A stretch of 64,000 bases of DNA from Squalus acanthias (Eukaryota), in the NCBI GenBank assembly GCA_030390025.1, contig CM059431.1:115818001-115882000 (forward strand), in the 5' to 3' direction. Both the position numbers and the translations under genes were made by a program. The notes under the pieces are model-generated. The model was given only the letters and a program-made list of their open reading frames with translations, was not told where the DNA came from and did no database searches. This document shows positions 12,747-26,030 of the stretch, in pieces (within the stretch, counting starts at the first letter, position 1; each line of letters opens with the position of its first letter).

Positions 12747-14509
12747 GGCCGGAATTTTGCCTACCTCGGCGAGTCCGGTGTGGGCGGTGGACATGGTGGG
12801 TCGCAACCCCGCTGCTGGCTCCATCCTGCTGCTGAAAATGAACTTACCTTAATCGGGCCTATTAAGCCCGCACAGCGTGTCACCCAGCCCAATTAAATGG
12901 TGCGGAACTAGTGACATTATTCATGATGCGTTTTCAGCAGGGATCTTTAAAGGGACCCTGGCCACATTAGATTTGAACTGTCAATGTAACATAGTGCTGT
13001 CAGTGCGCTACAGCATTGGAGTGCTGCAAACACTGACAATGACTGCACAGAGGCAGAGGGCTGCACCCAGGTTCTCCGATGATGCCCTCCATATGCTTAT
13101 GGAGGGAGTCAGAGCACACAGGGAGGTTCTCTTCCCTTCCGATGGGCGGAAGAGACCTCCCCAGGAGACCAAAACTGCCTGGTTGCCGATTGCAGAGGAG
13201 GTCACAAGCAGGGATGTGGTCAGGAGGACCTGGATGCAGTGCCGCAAACGACTCAATGATCTCATTAGATCAGAAAACGTTAGTACAAAGCCATACTCAA
13301 CTTCATCCTGCTGTGCCTCTCATCACATCCCCATCACTCTGCCTTACCTACCCTACTCCTGAACATCCTTACTCACACCAACTTACCTTGCACCTCCACC
13401 CATCCCTCTCTATCTACATTATCACATCCCCATCTCACTAGCCACCCCTCACACTCACCCTCATCCTAGTGCAATCATACCAACTAACAACACACAAGGG
13501 TAGCCACATGGGTGTTTTAACCAATGTTTATGTAAAGTTTCTGTTAATACGGTGTCAAACATAAAAATCTTTATTTTCAACACTTTCCGATTTGTGTGCA
13601 CCTTTGGAAGTAGCTTAGTGAGTTGCAGTGAATGGTGAGACATAACAGTACCCCCTGCAATGGTGATGAGTGTGAAAGGAATGGCTTGGTCATTGTAGGG
13701 ATGCTTTATGGTGTTGGTGTGGGGTGGTGCCAACCTGGCACATCATGTGGCAGCCATATGGGTGTACAATGTAAAGTTAACTAAATCTGGCCATGATGAG
13801 GCCATCCCTGGCCTCCCGGGCAGCAATGTGGTTGGGCGCTGATTCCCTCTGTCCTGTGCAGCATCAGGTGATTGCGTAGAAGGTTGGTGTTGTTGGTGCT
13901 GCTGGTGTGCCTGGTGCTGCTGGTGTTGGGGCTGATCGTGGTCTGATTCTGAGGACCAAGGTAAGACAGTATAAATGGCACCCATGTTGATGGAATAGAT
14001 GGCAGGTAAAGTACAGATGACAGAAGCATTTTGTCAATGGTGAGAGAGTTCTTCCAATGAGGTGAGACTGGATGGGGACTTTGCTGGAAAGACTTGCAGC
14101 CTGCAGAATCTGTGCTGGGAATGGACTGAGCAACAGCTTCTGCCCGAGGAAAGTGATCATCTGTCAGGTGGGAGCTTTCACTGTACATTTGATGCTGTCC
14201 CGTAATCAGCTGGAGCAATGGCCACGGAACTCCCGCCTCAGGTTGACAGACGTGCTTCCTGAGCTGCGTGAACCCTGTGGCCATGCAGTTGAATTTAAAA
14301 AGTAAGTTAAAAAAGCCTGTTCAGGGTCTGAAAACTAGCTGTTAATCTTGTCAATTGGGTCCCCCGCCACTGCCGGTCGGGTCGGCTCCACGATGACAGA
14401 CGCGGGGGAGTGGGATGACAGCGGGTTCCTGACCTGCTGTCAAAAATAACAACTTTCCCACCCGACCTGCCACCGATTGCGCCCGCTACCACCCCGGAAA
14501 ATTCCAGCC
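12747..14509. mobile_element. Harbinger family A deletion derivative: Myb exon 1 (+, 13039-13278) and transposase 5'/3' remnants (-, ATG 13985)
   Basis: TIR GGCCGGAATTTT / AAAATTCCAGCC. Encodes MTAQRQRAAPRFSDDALHMLMEG...RTWMQCRKRLNDL and MGAIYTVLPWSSESD with a Q/H-rich tract. Homologous to 26052-29886 in inverted orientation. Confidence 0.9.
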
Positions 14510-14944
14510 ATAGTGTGAGTTTTCCTAATCTCACAACTGTAGTACTTACCGTAAACATTAACCAACTATTAGCTGCTTGACATCCCCATTGCAAGGTTTT
14601 AGATTTGTTTTATTTTTAAACACATCATCCATTTGAAAAGTTGAGCTCCTGTCCTTAGTGAGGTAGATTCCACTTCTGTGTTCTGGCGACTGATGGCCAG
14701 TTAAAAGTGGCAAGGACATTTTTTTCTTTGCTGAGAATATTAACACTCCAGTGAAGGTTACATGCCTTTAGTTTCCTCCCTGGTGTTTTCTAGGTTCCAC
14801 TTAATTTCCGTGTTTGAGCCTTCATGAGGGCAACAAGTTAATCTAATCCCAGCACTGCCACTTTCACCGTCCATCTGAAGGTGCTCAATAATGCCGATGA
14901 CACTCCCATCTGAATTTTCCCTTTCTCTCTTTCCTCTTAGTACT

Positions 14945-15690
14945 CAGTTGACTCAATTAATAGCACTCTTGCCTCTGAGCCAGAAGGTTTGGGTTTAAGC
15001 CCTACTCTAGAATTTAAGCACATTACCTAGACTAAGACCTCAGCGCAGCATTGAGGGAGCGCTGCAGTGTTGGAATTGCTGTCTTTTTGAAGGGACATTA
15101 AAACAAGGCCCTATCTGTCTGTTTGGATGGATGTAAAAGATTCTAGGCATTATTCAAAGAAAAGCAGAGAGTTCTCTCGGTGTCCTTCAATCAACTAGCA
15201 CCACTAAAAACAGATTAACTGGTCATTCATCTCATTTGCTGTTTCTGAGACCTTGTAGTGTGCAAACTGACTGCTGTATTTGCTGACATACTCTTCTTCT
15301 TAGGCAGTCCCTCGGAACCGAGGATGACTTGCTTCCACATTAAACATGAGTTCTCAGGTGACTGATGAGTCCAATGCGGGACCTACAGTTTCTGTCACAG
15401 ATGGGGCAGACGGTGGTTGAAGGGGCGGGTGGGTGGGGTGCTTGGGTTGACGTGCGCTCCTTGCGCTGCTTGCGCTTGGCTTCCGCTTGCTCCTGGCGAA
15501 GAGACGCGAGGTGTTCGGCACTTTCCCAGATGCTTCTCCTCCATTTTGTGCGGTCTTGGGCCATAACTGTATTTGCTGACATTACAACAGTGATAACACT
15601 GGAAAAGTAATTCATTGGATGTGAAGTTCTTTTGGATGTCCTGAGAATGTGAGAAGGTACTATATGAACGCAAGACCTTTCTTTCTTTAC
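14945..15690 (+). mobile_element. DeuSINE (SacSINE1-like), interrupted by an RTE insertion
   Basis: tRNA-like head (GACTCAATTAATAGCAC...GGGTTTAAGCCC), Deu-like core (GGATGTAAAAGAT...AAGCAGAGAGTT), and a tail that resumes at 15567. Confidence 0.8.
15290..15566 (-). mobile_element. RTE-clade LINE 3' end with 16-bp TSD
   Basis: AQDRTKWRRSI...CPICDRNCRSRIGLISHLRTH (C2H2-type RTE C-terminus) and a GAA-type tail. CTGTATTTGCTGACAT is duplicated at 15274-15289 and 15567-15582. Confidence 0.88.
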
Positions 15691-16943
15691 CACTGAGACT
15701 GGGAACTCAATGAGCTAAAGGAATCGAGCCATCACCTCTCCGGCATTGTATTTTTGCAGCCTTGGTCGAGGATTGCAATCTTCTCATGATCTTCTCAGAT
15801 GCCAAAAACAAACAGCTGAAAATTATCGACATTCCGTACCACATCCCAACAGATTCCCCTGTGCTAAAATCTGTGCTGGAAGAAGTGAGATCATCCACTA
15901 CAAAATAGCAGCAGAATATATTAATCCTGAGACTCATTACATTGAAATCAAGTTGCTTCTAACAGTGATAATGATTCACAAACTGAGCCAAGAAATGCGG
16001 AAAGCTAGCTTTAATGCAGCTACCCACCTAGGCAGTGCTAGCTGCAAGAAACTACCTTGGTAATAGTTGATTCAGGTGGATTTCAGGTTCAAAACAAGGT
16101 TGGTAAAGGAAATATATATCTACATAAAATGTAATAAATTAGAAATGTCTGTTACAATGTTTTGCTATTTCACTGTGTAAAATATGCAGAGTTTACCATT
16201 ATCTCCCTAGAACATGTAAAGGAATAAAGTCTACTATTATTGCAGATCAAGTAACATGATACGGCAGCACTTCAGTTGAAGTAATGCGATTCAGCCGTAG
16301 GAGACAGCTTTTCATTTGAAACAGGCTTATCTCAGAGCCTATCTTATAAGACTTTAAAATGGTAAGTAGTAATTAAAGCTGCATGTATTATAAAGAATAA
16401 CACAGGTAGGACTGTTTTAAGATAATAACATACCTGGGGTGGGGGGGGGTGTTAAATAACATTGGGAAGCTGGTCGAACTTCACTCTGCAAAAAATGAAA
16501 CATTGTGCATGAGTTATGTGAAAAAGAATGAACAGAGAGGATAGATAGGATGTAGTTTCTTTTCCTGTTATTTATCACTCATTTCTTGCTTTACCCCTCT
16601 ATGAACTTGCATTGGCCCATGCATAATATTTCAGCCAAAAGAGCGAACAAGTGGGTTGACATTTTTCAAGTTACATCTGTCAGGAAATCATTGGCATGCT
16701 GTCCTCGATTTCCCAATATGCACTGCAGGTGGATGATGCTCCCTGAGGGCAGTGCAATCTCAGTTCTATGGCCTCCACCAGTGCTGCTGTGGAGTTTATG
16801 GAAAGAGACATGAGAGGAGCCCAGGGTGACTCACATTCTGATTCCCCCCCCCACCCCCCTTTATGAGGAAACTACTAACTGCTATTCAGATTTGAAACTC
16901 TTGTCTTTGGAGACATGGATACGATCCTGCTTCCTACCACACT

Positions 16944-17748
16944 TTTGGTTGGAAGAATAGAGAAAAAAAATAGCAAAACAGAATATTTTTTAAATGGTGA
17001 GAAACTATTAAATGTTGCTGTTCAGAGAGATTTAGGTGTCCTCGTACAGGAAACACAGAAAGCTAGCATGCAGGTACAGCAAACAATTAGGAAGGCAAAT
17101 GACATGTTGGCCTTTATTGCTAGAGGGTTGGAGTACAAGAGTAAGGAAGTCTTACTGCAATTGTACAGGGCTTTGGTGAGACCACACCTGGAGTACTGCG
17201 CACAGTTTTGGTCTCCTTATCTGAGAAAGGACTAGCTTGCCTTAGAGGCGGTGCAACAAAGGTTCACCAGATTGGTCCCTGGGATGAGAGGATTGTCCTA
17301 TGAGGAGAGATTGAGTAGATTGGGCCTATACTCTCTGGAGTTTAGAAGAATGAGAGGTGATCTCATTGAAACATATAAGATTCTGAGGGGGATTGACAGG
17401 GTAGATGCTGAGAGGTTGTTTCCCCTGGCTGGAGAGTCTAGAACTAGGGGACATAGTCTTAGGATAAGGGGCGGCCATTTAAGACTGAGATGAGGAGGAA
17501 TTTCTTTACTCAGAGGGTTGTGAAACTTTGGAATTCTCTACTCCAAAGGACTGTGGATGCTCAGTCGTTGAATATATTCAAGGCTGAGATAGATAGATTT
17601 TTGAACTCTAGGGGGAATCAAGGGATATGGGGATTGGATCTGAAAGTGGAGTTGAGGTTGAAGATCAGCCATGATCTTATTGAATGGTGGAGCAGGCTCA
17701 AAGGGCCATATGGCCTACTCCTGCTCCTAATTCTTATGTTCTTATGTT
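16944..17748 (+). mobile_element. CR1 LINE, 5'-truncated
   Basis: QRDLGVLVQETQKASMQV...[15 protein letters not shown]...DLIETYKI, with a TTCTTATG tail. Confidence 0.93.
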
Positions 17749-20359
17749 CACACCACCATGACTAGGATACTAAATTCCATTAAATTGTTTTAATGCACTG
17801 CATAAAGGCCGGCATAGATCACTTGGGCCAAGAAGCACAGCCTCCTTATGTTATCTTCGGCCGATGAACTTTGGGAGCACTCCTCCTTTTATTTGCTCTT
17901 CTTACAGCTGTAGTTCTGTGTGCTCATCCCTCCTGAACTTCCTCTAGCCAGAGTGACTTTGCTAGAATGAAAGAAGTGCATTGTCAGAAGCCCCGTAAGA
18001 GTTGGGAACATTGAACATTCTACCAGCACTTTGAAATGGTCTAAGAGGCCAAAAACCACTAACTAATAGAAGCAAACTGTCTCCTTAAAGTTTCGAGCAT
18101 TTTACCGGAAAGCAGCGGAAGATCCCTTTAAACGTCGCTGAAAATGGCCACCTCGTGACTTATTCCACCCATGAATTGTGGGCTGGTTGAAGAACTGTCG
18201 ATAGCAACGTGGGTGGCAACCAAAATGGTGTCCGGGTCCTATAACTGGCACAGGACCCTCACTTGCCTATATTTATGAAACTCTTTCCTGTTATGGGTGG
18301 GAGGGCTGACTGCCTAAATCGCAATTTGCATCGGGTGGGCCTTAGGGGTGAAATAGGTATTCTACTTATTTTTTGGTCCTGCTACTGCTGCATTCATGCT
18401 GAAAAACAGAGCAGTAGGCAGATGAAAATCACCCTCAGGATGTTTGAATGCCTCAGGAACTTTGCAGTTTACATATGGCAGCATACGTTCCTGGATAGAC
18501 AATTACCAGACTTCAACGAGGTCTGAGGGCCTTCGACCACCAACAATGTTAAATGCCCTATGCTAGCCTAAGGCCCACTTCCTTCTCTCTTTGAGCACCC
18601 CAGGACTATTTCCAATGACAACATGTGGAGCAATACGAAATGAAAGCACAACTATGCGACATTCAGCGCCAATAGTCAGCGATGACAGCATCATGTTGGG
18701 CTGTTTACTGTAAGCAAGACGACAGATAATACAAGAGCTGAGTCTGAATGCAGTGAAATGTGCCTGAAACCAATCGATTCACTGAAATGCAGATAATCAC
18801 ACACGAAGGTTAGCATTCACTTTTCATGAAACAATATTTAATCAGTCATACCCTAATTGGGAAATGTCAGAAAATTATATTTTCTAATATTGTATTTACT
18901 TCATTTTTGTCCCCGCTTCTTTCTTTCATTGACCTGATCGTACGGGTAAATAGCAAATATTCAATTGCTGTTTTTCTGAATGTCTGATCAAATTAACGAC
19001 ACTCTGAATGGAAACTTTACTGCTCTCATCCACCATTCTTCACGTTGGCCGAACATCTTGTGAATGTATATTTTCCAACTCCCTACTTCTGAGGCGACAC
19101 GCTTGGATTTTTTTTTTTAAGATAAGAATGAGTTTAACCTGGAAATCCTCAGTCAAGTGCCCTGCTGAAAAGAATGAGAGAGGGCGTTGTGAGAGAAGCA
19201 CATGAAAGGTACAGGAGCTGTAGGAGCCCATTCAGACAGATGCTTCGCTCCCTCAGGGAGGAAGGAGGAGGAGGAAATAAAGGAGATAATAACACATGTT
19301 TTCAGCAAATGGTTCCAATGGGCGTCATTGTTTCAAGGGAACTGAAAAAAAAAATAGAGTGATGTGACAGCAGTTCACATTACATGGATTTGTGGCAGGA
19401 GGCAGCACCAAGATTTGGTCACCTCCTCACACAGGAAATGGAGGCCTGGGAAAGAACTTGTGGCATTAAACAAAAAATAAACTTAAAAGCCAAAAGAAAC
19501 TGAGCGGACGATTATGGGAAAATAAGTGGGAGGAAGTAATAGTGCTGATGGGTACACAGTGACTGTGTTGTTAATGATATGGACACTTTCTTTATTCATT
19601 GCACATCTTTACAAAACTCATACAGTTCACTTTCATGAATTGCAAGGAAAGCGATGAAAGGTGGTTATCTATGTAATCACAATCCTAGTTTCCAGACCGA
19701 ACCAACCATGTGTCCGGGAGGAGGGGGTGGGGGGAGAGGAGATCTTTGGCCAGGAGCAGTCCGCAGTCTAAATGTGGATCCAGGTGGTCCTTCTGACTCC
19801 ACGTTCAGTTAAGGAACAGATTTTTAACTTTTTGGTGGCAGACCCTTGAAAGGCCACTGGTCTGGCTGCTGTTCAACTGAGAAAACTGACAGCAGCATGC
19901 ACAGTGCATGCCGTGGTCAGTCACGATCCAATTTGGGAAAGAGGCCTGAAATAGGTGAATAGGTGTTAGCCCCCCCCCTCCACCCCCCCCCCCCCCCACC
20001 ACCATCCCCCGCCAATTTGCACAGGCAATGGGCCTAACTCCTGTTTCAGGTGGGCACCCTGGAAAAAAAAAAGGCGCCACAACTAATATAGCATACGAGG
20101 CAGGCCCGTGCACACGCTGCGTGCCATACTGGGACATTTTTGCCTGAAAAACGAGCGCTGCCGATCCGATTTCTAGACCAAGATGTTAGTTTAAACTGAT
20201 AAAGAAAAACTGGGAAGAAAATGAATTTATAGCAGAAATTCGCCTACAAGTTCATTACCGCTTATTGTGACAGTTTTCATTTTGAATAATTTAATAAAAT
20301 CTTTGTGCTGCACGTGACATAGCACGAGCTTGCTGGCATTACCAACGTAGCAGTTACAG

Positions 20360-20640
20360 GGTCATAGAGGCATAACGGCACAGAAGGAGGCCATTCAGCC
20401 CATCGAGTCCGTGCCGGCTCTCTGTAGAGCAATCCAGTCAGTCCCAGTCCATTCCCCCGCTCTATCCCCGTAGCCCGCGGTTCTACAAGACAGCTTAGAT
20501 AGAATTACATCGAATTTACAGCAGAGAAACAGGCCATTCAGCCCAATCGGTCTATGCCAGGTATTTATGTTCCACACGAGCCTGCTCCCACTCTATTTAC
20601 TTAATCTCACCCTATCGACATAGCCTTCTATTCCTTTCTC
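20360..20640 (-). mobile_element. Two adjacent CR1 3'UTR fragments (about 20360-20475 and 20500-20640)
   Basis: GGCACAGAAGGAGGCCATTCAGCCCATCGAGTCCGTGCCGGCTCTCTGTAGAGCAATCC is the near reverse complement of the UTR at about 6775-6835. A second, related UTR follows. Confidence 0.8.
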
Positions 20641-21015
20641 CCACAGCTTTTTCCACATGACATTCTTTGACATTCCAGAAAGTGAACCAGCCTGAAAACA
20701 CCCTGCTGAAACAATAATGGCCTTCAAGTTCTGACCAAGTGACAGTGCTGGCATGGACCCAGTCTGGCAGGACATGAGTTTAAGATGACTAAATGATAAT
20801 CCATATAAACCTATTTTCCCCAATCTGCTTCATACGCTGGCTGGAACCAATACTGCAGCTTCTGGCCTCAGACTAGTAGCTGCAATCATTTCATTTTAGG
20901 GCACAGCCTAAAGGTGCTGCAAGAGATACCTCAGGAAATCAGCATGCAACACATTAAAGAGAGCATCTCGGAGTCACATTCCCAGTGGGGCTCAGGCGAG
21001 AAAGCGGCAGACAAG

Positions 21016-21804
21016 ATGGTGGCAGCTAAGAAAACCAAAATGTCTTTTTGGTGTCCATCAACTCCAGGCTCCAGCTAGTTATGAAAGGTGGCAAATATGT
21101 GCCGGGCTACAAACAGACTTTGAAAATGATTCATCATGGCAAGGCCAAGCTGGTAATTCTTGCCAACAACAGTCCACCATTGAGGATTTGAGAGATTGAA
21201 TACTATGCTGTGTTAGCCAAGACTGGTGCTCATCATTACAGTGGTAACACTACTGAGCTAGTTACAGCTTGCGATAAATACTACAAAAAGAAAAACTTGC
21301 ATTTATACAGCACCTTTCACGACCACCGGACGTCTCAAAGCGCTTCACAGCCAATGAAGTACTTTTTGGAGTGTAGTCACTGTTGTAATGTGGGAAACGT
21401 GGCAGCCAATTTGTGCACAGCAAGCTCCCACAAACAGCAATGTGATAATGACCAGATAAACTGTTTTTGTTATGCTGATTGAGGGATAAATATTGGCCAG
21501 GACGCCGGGGATAACTCTCCTGCTCTTCTTCGAAATAGTGTCATGGGATCTTTTACATCCACCTGAGAGAGCAGACGGGGCCTCGGTTTAACGTCTCATC
21601 TGAAAGACGGCACCTCTGACAGTGCAGCACTCCCTCAGCACTGCACTGGAGTGTCAGCCTAGCTTTATGTGCTCAAGTCCCTGGAGTGGGACTTGAACCC
21701 AGAACCTCAGAGGCGAGTGTGCTACCCACTGAGCCACAGCTGACAGAGTGTGCACGCTGGCTATCATCGATCCTGGTGAGTCCGACATCATCAGGAGCAT
21801 ATGA
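21016..21804 (+). pseudogene. RPL30: 60S ribosomal protein L30 processed pseudogene, split by a SINE (21016-21284 and 21745-21804)
   Basis: [46 protein letters not shown]...[19 protein letters not shown]...KYY | RVCTLAIIDPGESDIIRS. Intronless, with a frameshift near 21047, an in-frame TGA, and AATAAA at 21816. Confidence 0.95.
21285..21744 (-). mobile_element. DeuSINE (SacSINE1-like), near full length
   Basis: Reverse complement reads TGGCTCAGTGGG (A box), GGTTCAAGTCCC (B box), Deu core CAGATGAGACGTTAAACCGAGGCCCC...GGATGTAAAAGATCCCATG, and tail GTATAAATGCAAGT. Confidence 0.9.
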
Positions 21805-21974
21805 AAGATGTTACAAATAAAGTAAAAGACAAAGCAAAAGACAGCAGTAGTAGCACTTTGGTGATTATCCTTCTGTTTGCATTTGAAAGGTTGGATATAA
21901 AGAGCACCAGAACAGTAAGTGGCCACTCCTAACAAAATTGGAAATATTTTGTTCAAATTTTGTGCAAAATCTTT

Positions 21975-22250
21975 TTGCTCAGTTGACAGCAGCGAGATGG
22001 AACTGAGCCACGCAGAGCAGAAGGTCCCAGATTCAATTCCTGGTCTGTGTTGAGTCAGCTGATCTCAGCTGGGGTGGCTGGTAAGGCCGCTACCATGGGA
22101 CTCAGTGTCCCTGGGCGAGAAAGAGTAAAGTATTCAACTAATTGCTATGCAATGACTCCTGCTGGAAAGTGCACTTGTATGGAATGACAGGTGAAGGCAG
22201 GATTGGGCTTGGCTGTGAGGTTCTCTGTAGTGGAATAGCCTGTTATTATT
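21975..22250 (+). mobile_element. Old tRNA-derived SINE, family unassigned; related pieces at about 24890-24990 and 49050-49360 (-)
   Basis: B-box-like GATTCAATTCC. The CTGAGC..GCAG..AGGTCCCAG...GTCTGTGTTGA and CTGCTGGAAAGTG motifs recur in reverse at 49200-49357. Confidence 0.5.
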
Positions 22251-22706
22251 GGCACTTAATTGCGGTGAATAAAAAACAGAATCACCAAATGTTAAAGCTG
22301 GGTTTCTGCTAAAGGCGCAGCATAAATCTAGAGTGCGGACCTGACTTGACTCTGGAGAGAAATGGTCTGAGACCCCTTGTAGAAGGTAGCCAGGATAGCC
22401 TTGGGTATGACACCTCATGGAGTGTAAATTCAGTGCAGTGTCAAACAGCGCTCAAGTGATCCTCTGGGCACTGTTTAAACTTCCCTGCAGGTAACTTAAG
22501 GGTGCATACACTCCCGACTGCACTTTCTAAACAGTTACATTTTAACTGCTGGGAGAGGAACTCTACGTATGTGTATAAACACACCAGCCAGGGCTCAGTT
22601 TTGGGCAAAGGAACTATAGTTCTAGCCAGGCAGTATTAGGAGGGAATGATACAGTTAATGGTCTCAGGCTGGTAACTGAAGCATAAATGCAGCATCAGAT
22701 TACTTA

Positions 22707-22880
22707 AGGGAACTGGGTGACACAGTATGTTAGAACATGTCCTTTCACCTCTAGGGTCTGGGTCTAAATCCATCTCAGATAGAGAAAGGTTTCTCCTCCC
22801 TGACAAGCTGCTATAAAAGTCTCAATCCAGTTCCCAGTGTATGCGAGTCAACAGTGCAAATATCCTTTCACAATTGTAAT
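22707..22880 (+). mobile_element. LF-SINE-like relic
   Basis: CCTTTCACCTCTAGG...AAATCCATCTCAG...GTCTCAATCCAGTTCCCAGTG...TCACAATTG resembles the LF-SINE consensus as I recall it. Confidence 0.6.
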
Positions 22881-25494
22881 TCACCCGCAAACACAAGATA
22901 GAATTATTTTGGCACAATGAAACAGTGTTGAACCTGAGTCTGCGTTCTCATTGATTTTAACCCAAGCATCTGAAAAAGCATGTGGCGCAAGAAGACAACT
23001 TTTACGCGAAAAGAAGCCAAAAATAATGATCTCTCACATTGTACCTCCGACTCCCATTCATGCAACCCACGAACCAGCCTCGAGGACAATAAGCAGCTGC
23101 AGGTGGGAGAACTGCTAATCTCTCCGTAGCTGATTAAAGTAAATTAGCAATGTCCCTGCTACGTGGCAAACTGTACGGCTATATTTAATGCCAGTAATGT
23201 CTTATATTCTCAGAACAATTTAGCTGTGTGAAACATCCAGAAATGGAAGTGTAATCAACCTGCTCGGTATAATTTTAGAAAATGCCTTCTGCGGCACATA
23301 ATTTCAACAAATGGAAGTTGACATTTCCTGAGTCCTTAAATTCTTCCTGTACTCGTATAAACATATAAATAAGTTCCTTATGATTCACTTGGTTTTGTGG
23401 GAAATGAAGAGCATTTCTGAACGTTAGTTTCTAATTAAAATTATATTTACTGTGAGCTATCAGAGGAAAAGGAAGTAGGAACCAGCGGTTCTAAACATCC
23501 TTGTCTTTGTTGAATGGAGAATCTGTTCCTCACTGTTTATTACAAGCAGCTGGGCCTGTGTTCTGTACTGGAAGTAGCTGGAGACAGAGGATGTAGCAGA
23601 CAGATGATATCATGACAGAGTGAACAAGGCTTTAGGAAACTAGCCGTTATTGAATATAAATACATTTGGATCAAATATACAGTGCAGTCCTGTTACATGC
23701 AATAATAGTAAGAATGAGCAGTGCTTCTGCAATGCTAATTCAAGCTTGTCTGCGATGGGCTAAATCTGATTTATTTCAAAGGATCTAGATTTGGCCCAAT
23801 TGGATCTGCTTAAATTCACATGGACTGCAAATGGCCTGACATAACGAAATGAAATGCAACATCCACATACCAAGACAATATGATCCTGATCCATTAGTCT
23901 TGTATTTTTGTAATTTAGTGTATTCAGTGAGTATTGATGGGCTTTCACCCTTGGGGGCACACAACAAGACAAGCTCGATTTAGGCCTCACCATGGGGTAA
24001 GACTCCTTTGGTTACTATAGGGCCAATTCAGCAATCACAGCAAAAATGGAGTTCTAGTTTGTTGTGCCTCCATGATTCATCATGCAACTCGAGAGGGGAG
24101 GAGATGGTATAACTTTGTGACGGCTTCCCTCATGAAGCATAGACAGCAAAAAGCAGTTCTCCAAGTAGGTGTGGCTATTTCTGAAGATTCAGTTCCTTGG
24201 GCACAGCTGAATGGGTCTGAGGTTCAACTATACCTGCCTTTTCTCCCTCTGCACGAACAACTCCTTTTCCTTCTCCAAGTCCAGCACTATCATTGGAATG
24301 TCCAGTGGAATTCCTATGGTGAACACTGGGGTTTCTGCGAATAATGCAACAACTATTGGAACAGTGCTGTGAGAAAGCATAACTGCACAAGGAATCTTGC
24401 AATGCAAAAATGCAGCTACCAACACCAGCAGCAAGTAGTGCACCAAAATAACGAAGGTACAGCTTTGGGAAAAATGAAAAAAGCAAGAACTTCAAACTGA
24501 TAAAAGACTAGATCAGGAAATCCTAGCAGTTTCTGTTTAAATTGATAAGCAGTGCTGAATGGGTGAAGAGGTGAAAATGGTCACTCATTTTGGTGTGGGA
24601 CTAATTTACTTAAGATTACCTAAAATTAAAAGGTCTAATGAAACGTTCTGTGTGACGTCTCTAAAAAGTTTTCTACATTAGCAGCTCACTGAAGTTGGCA
24701 CCTCTCAAATTGGGCACCTGGGCTTGCTTTCCTAGAATACGAGACTGAATCACCCCTTATTTGTAACAATGTTGCAGATATGTTCATGAAGATTTTCTCT
24801 ATTTGGTATTTCTAGAAAAATCATAAACTGGTTCTAAAAAAGTCTTCGCGAGCAGATTTACGGCGTTATCGCACATAGCAATCAAGAATTCTTACCCCAT
24901 AGTGTCCACACAAGCACACTTCCAGCAAGGGTCACTGGATAACAATCAGGAACAGGAACCCTGTCCGATTATCCTATCCCTAATCCAGGGTGTTCCTTCC
25001 GGTTAATAGTCGCACCTCTACTACAGCTCAACACTGACTGGAAGATTGCATTTGAGACATTTCTGGTTCGTAGTTGCCAACAGTCTATGTTTTGCATTAG
25101 ATGGCCAGCTTTATCACCCCACCCCCACAATTCACACTGCCCTTGGAGGGAGGAGGTTGGGGGCAGAGGAGTCAGGTAGTCCACTGTTTGCCAGCCTGTG
25201 CGTATACTCTTATGCTATGCTTTCCACGGACACTGCAAGGAGCCGATCTAAACTGATCTTCTCTTATGCTGTCCTCCAATAATATCTAGGGCTCCTCTGG
25301 TTCAAGTCTCTCAGATACACGATGTCCTCAAGCGATAGTGTTTGGAGTCGCATTGCTGGGTCATGTCGAATTAAAGACAGCACCAGTTTTATTACCTTCT
25401 CGGTACATTTTAAAGCACCACAGTATTGACAATATTAAGTTGTTTTGATGGTATGCTCAATGGAACCTTCCAGTTAAAAATAATAGTATTGCAA

Positions 25495-26030
25495 TAATTG
25501 GAACCCGGAAGTCTGGGTTTCCCCGAATGCCGCGGAGATTAACTCCATGGCAGGCGTGTTTTTTTTAACAGGTTCTCCACCCAGAGGCCAGCCTGTCGGG
25601 CAGGGAACAGTGCAGAAGTGCCGCATCCCAGGAACAGGTAACTTTGTGCTGCTCGGGGTAGAGATCATGAGGGGAGGTGGGGTGGGTACAGCGTGGTTGG
25701 GAGGGTCGGGGAGAGATCGAAGGGAGAGATGGGGGATTCGGAGAGAGATCGAAGGGGAGTCGGATGGAGAGTTGGGGGGTTCGGTGATCGAGGGAGGGTC
25801 GGTGATCGCGGCCGCGGGGTCTGACCGCAGGGGAGTTCGGTGATCGCAGGGGGCTCAGTGATTGTGGTGGGGTTGGTGATGGCGGCGGGCGGGGCGGGGG
25901 GGGGGGGGGGCGGGGTTTGATCGCTGGGGAGGTTAACAGATTTGCTTGATGGGCTGTGGGGAAGCACTCCTGCTCCTCCTGGCCCAAAAGTAGTGCTGGT
26001 AAAGCACTTAGCTCTTCCGAGCAACAATTC
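25495..26030. mobile_element. GC-rich non-autonomous element fragment
   Basis: AACCCGGAAGT start, G-rich GATCG microrepeats and an AAGCACTTA motif, with an organisation resembling 37839-38550. No clear TIR pair. Confidence 0.4.

Noticed and set aside
15771..15910. Possible terminal exon (xLVEDCNLLMIFSDAKNKQLKIIDIPYHIP...)
   Set aside because: An acceptor-like site and an open frame are present, but I recognise no homology and see no linked exons.
21670..21744. tRNA gene (A and B boxes)
   Set aside because: It is the tRNA-derived head of a SINE and is continuous with the SINE body.
24072..24495. Overlapping ORFs in unique DNA
   Set aside because: No recognisable protein in any frame, and the lengths are compatible with chance.
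25547..26027. Pro-rich and Gly-rich ORFs
   Set aside because: Products of G-run low-complexity sequence inside a repeat. The same applies to 37981-38331.
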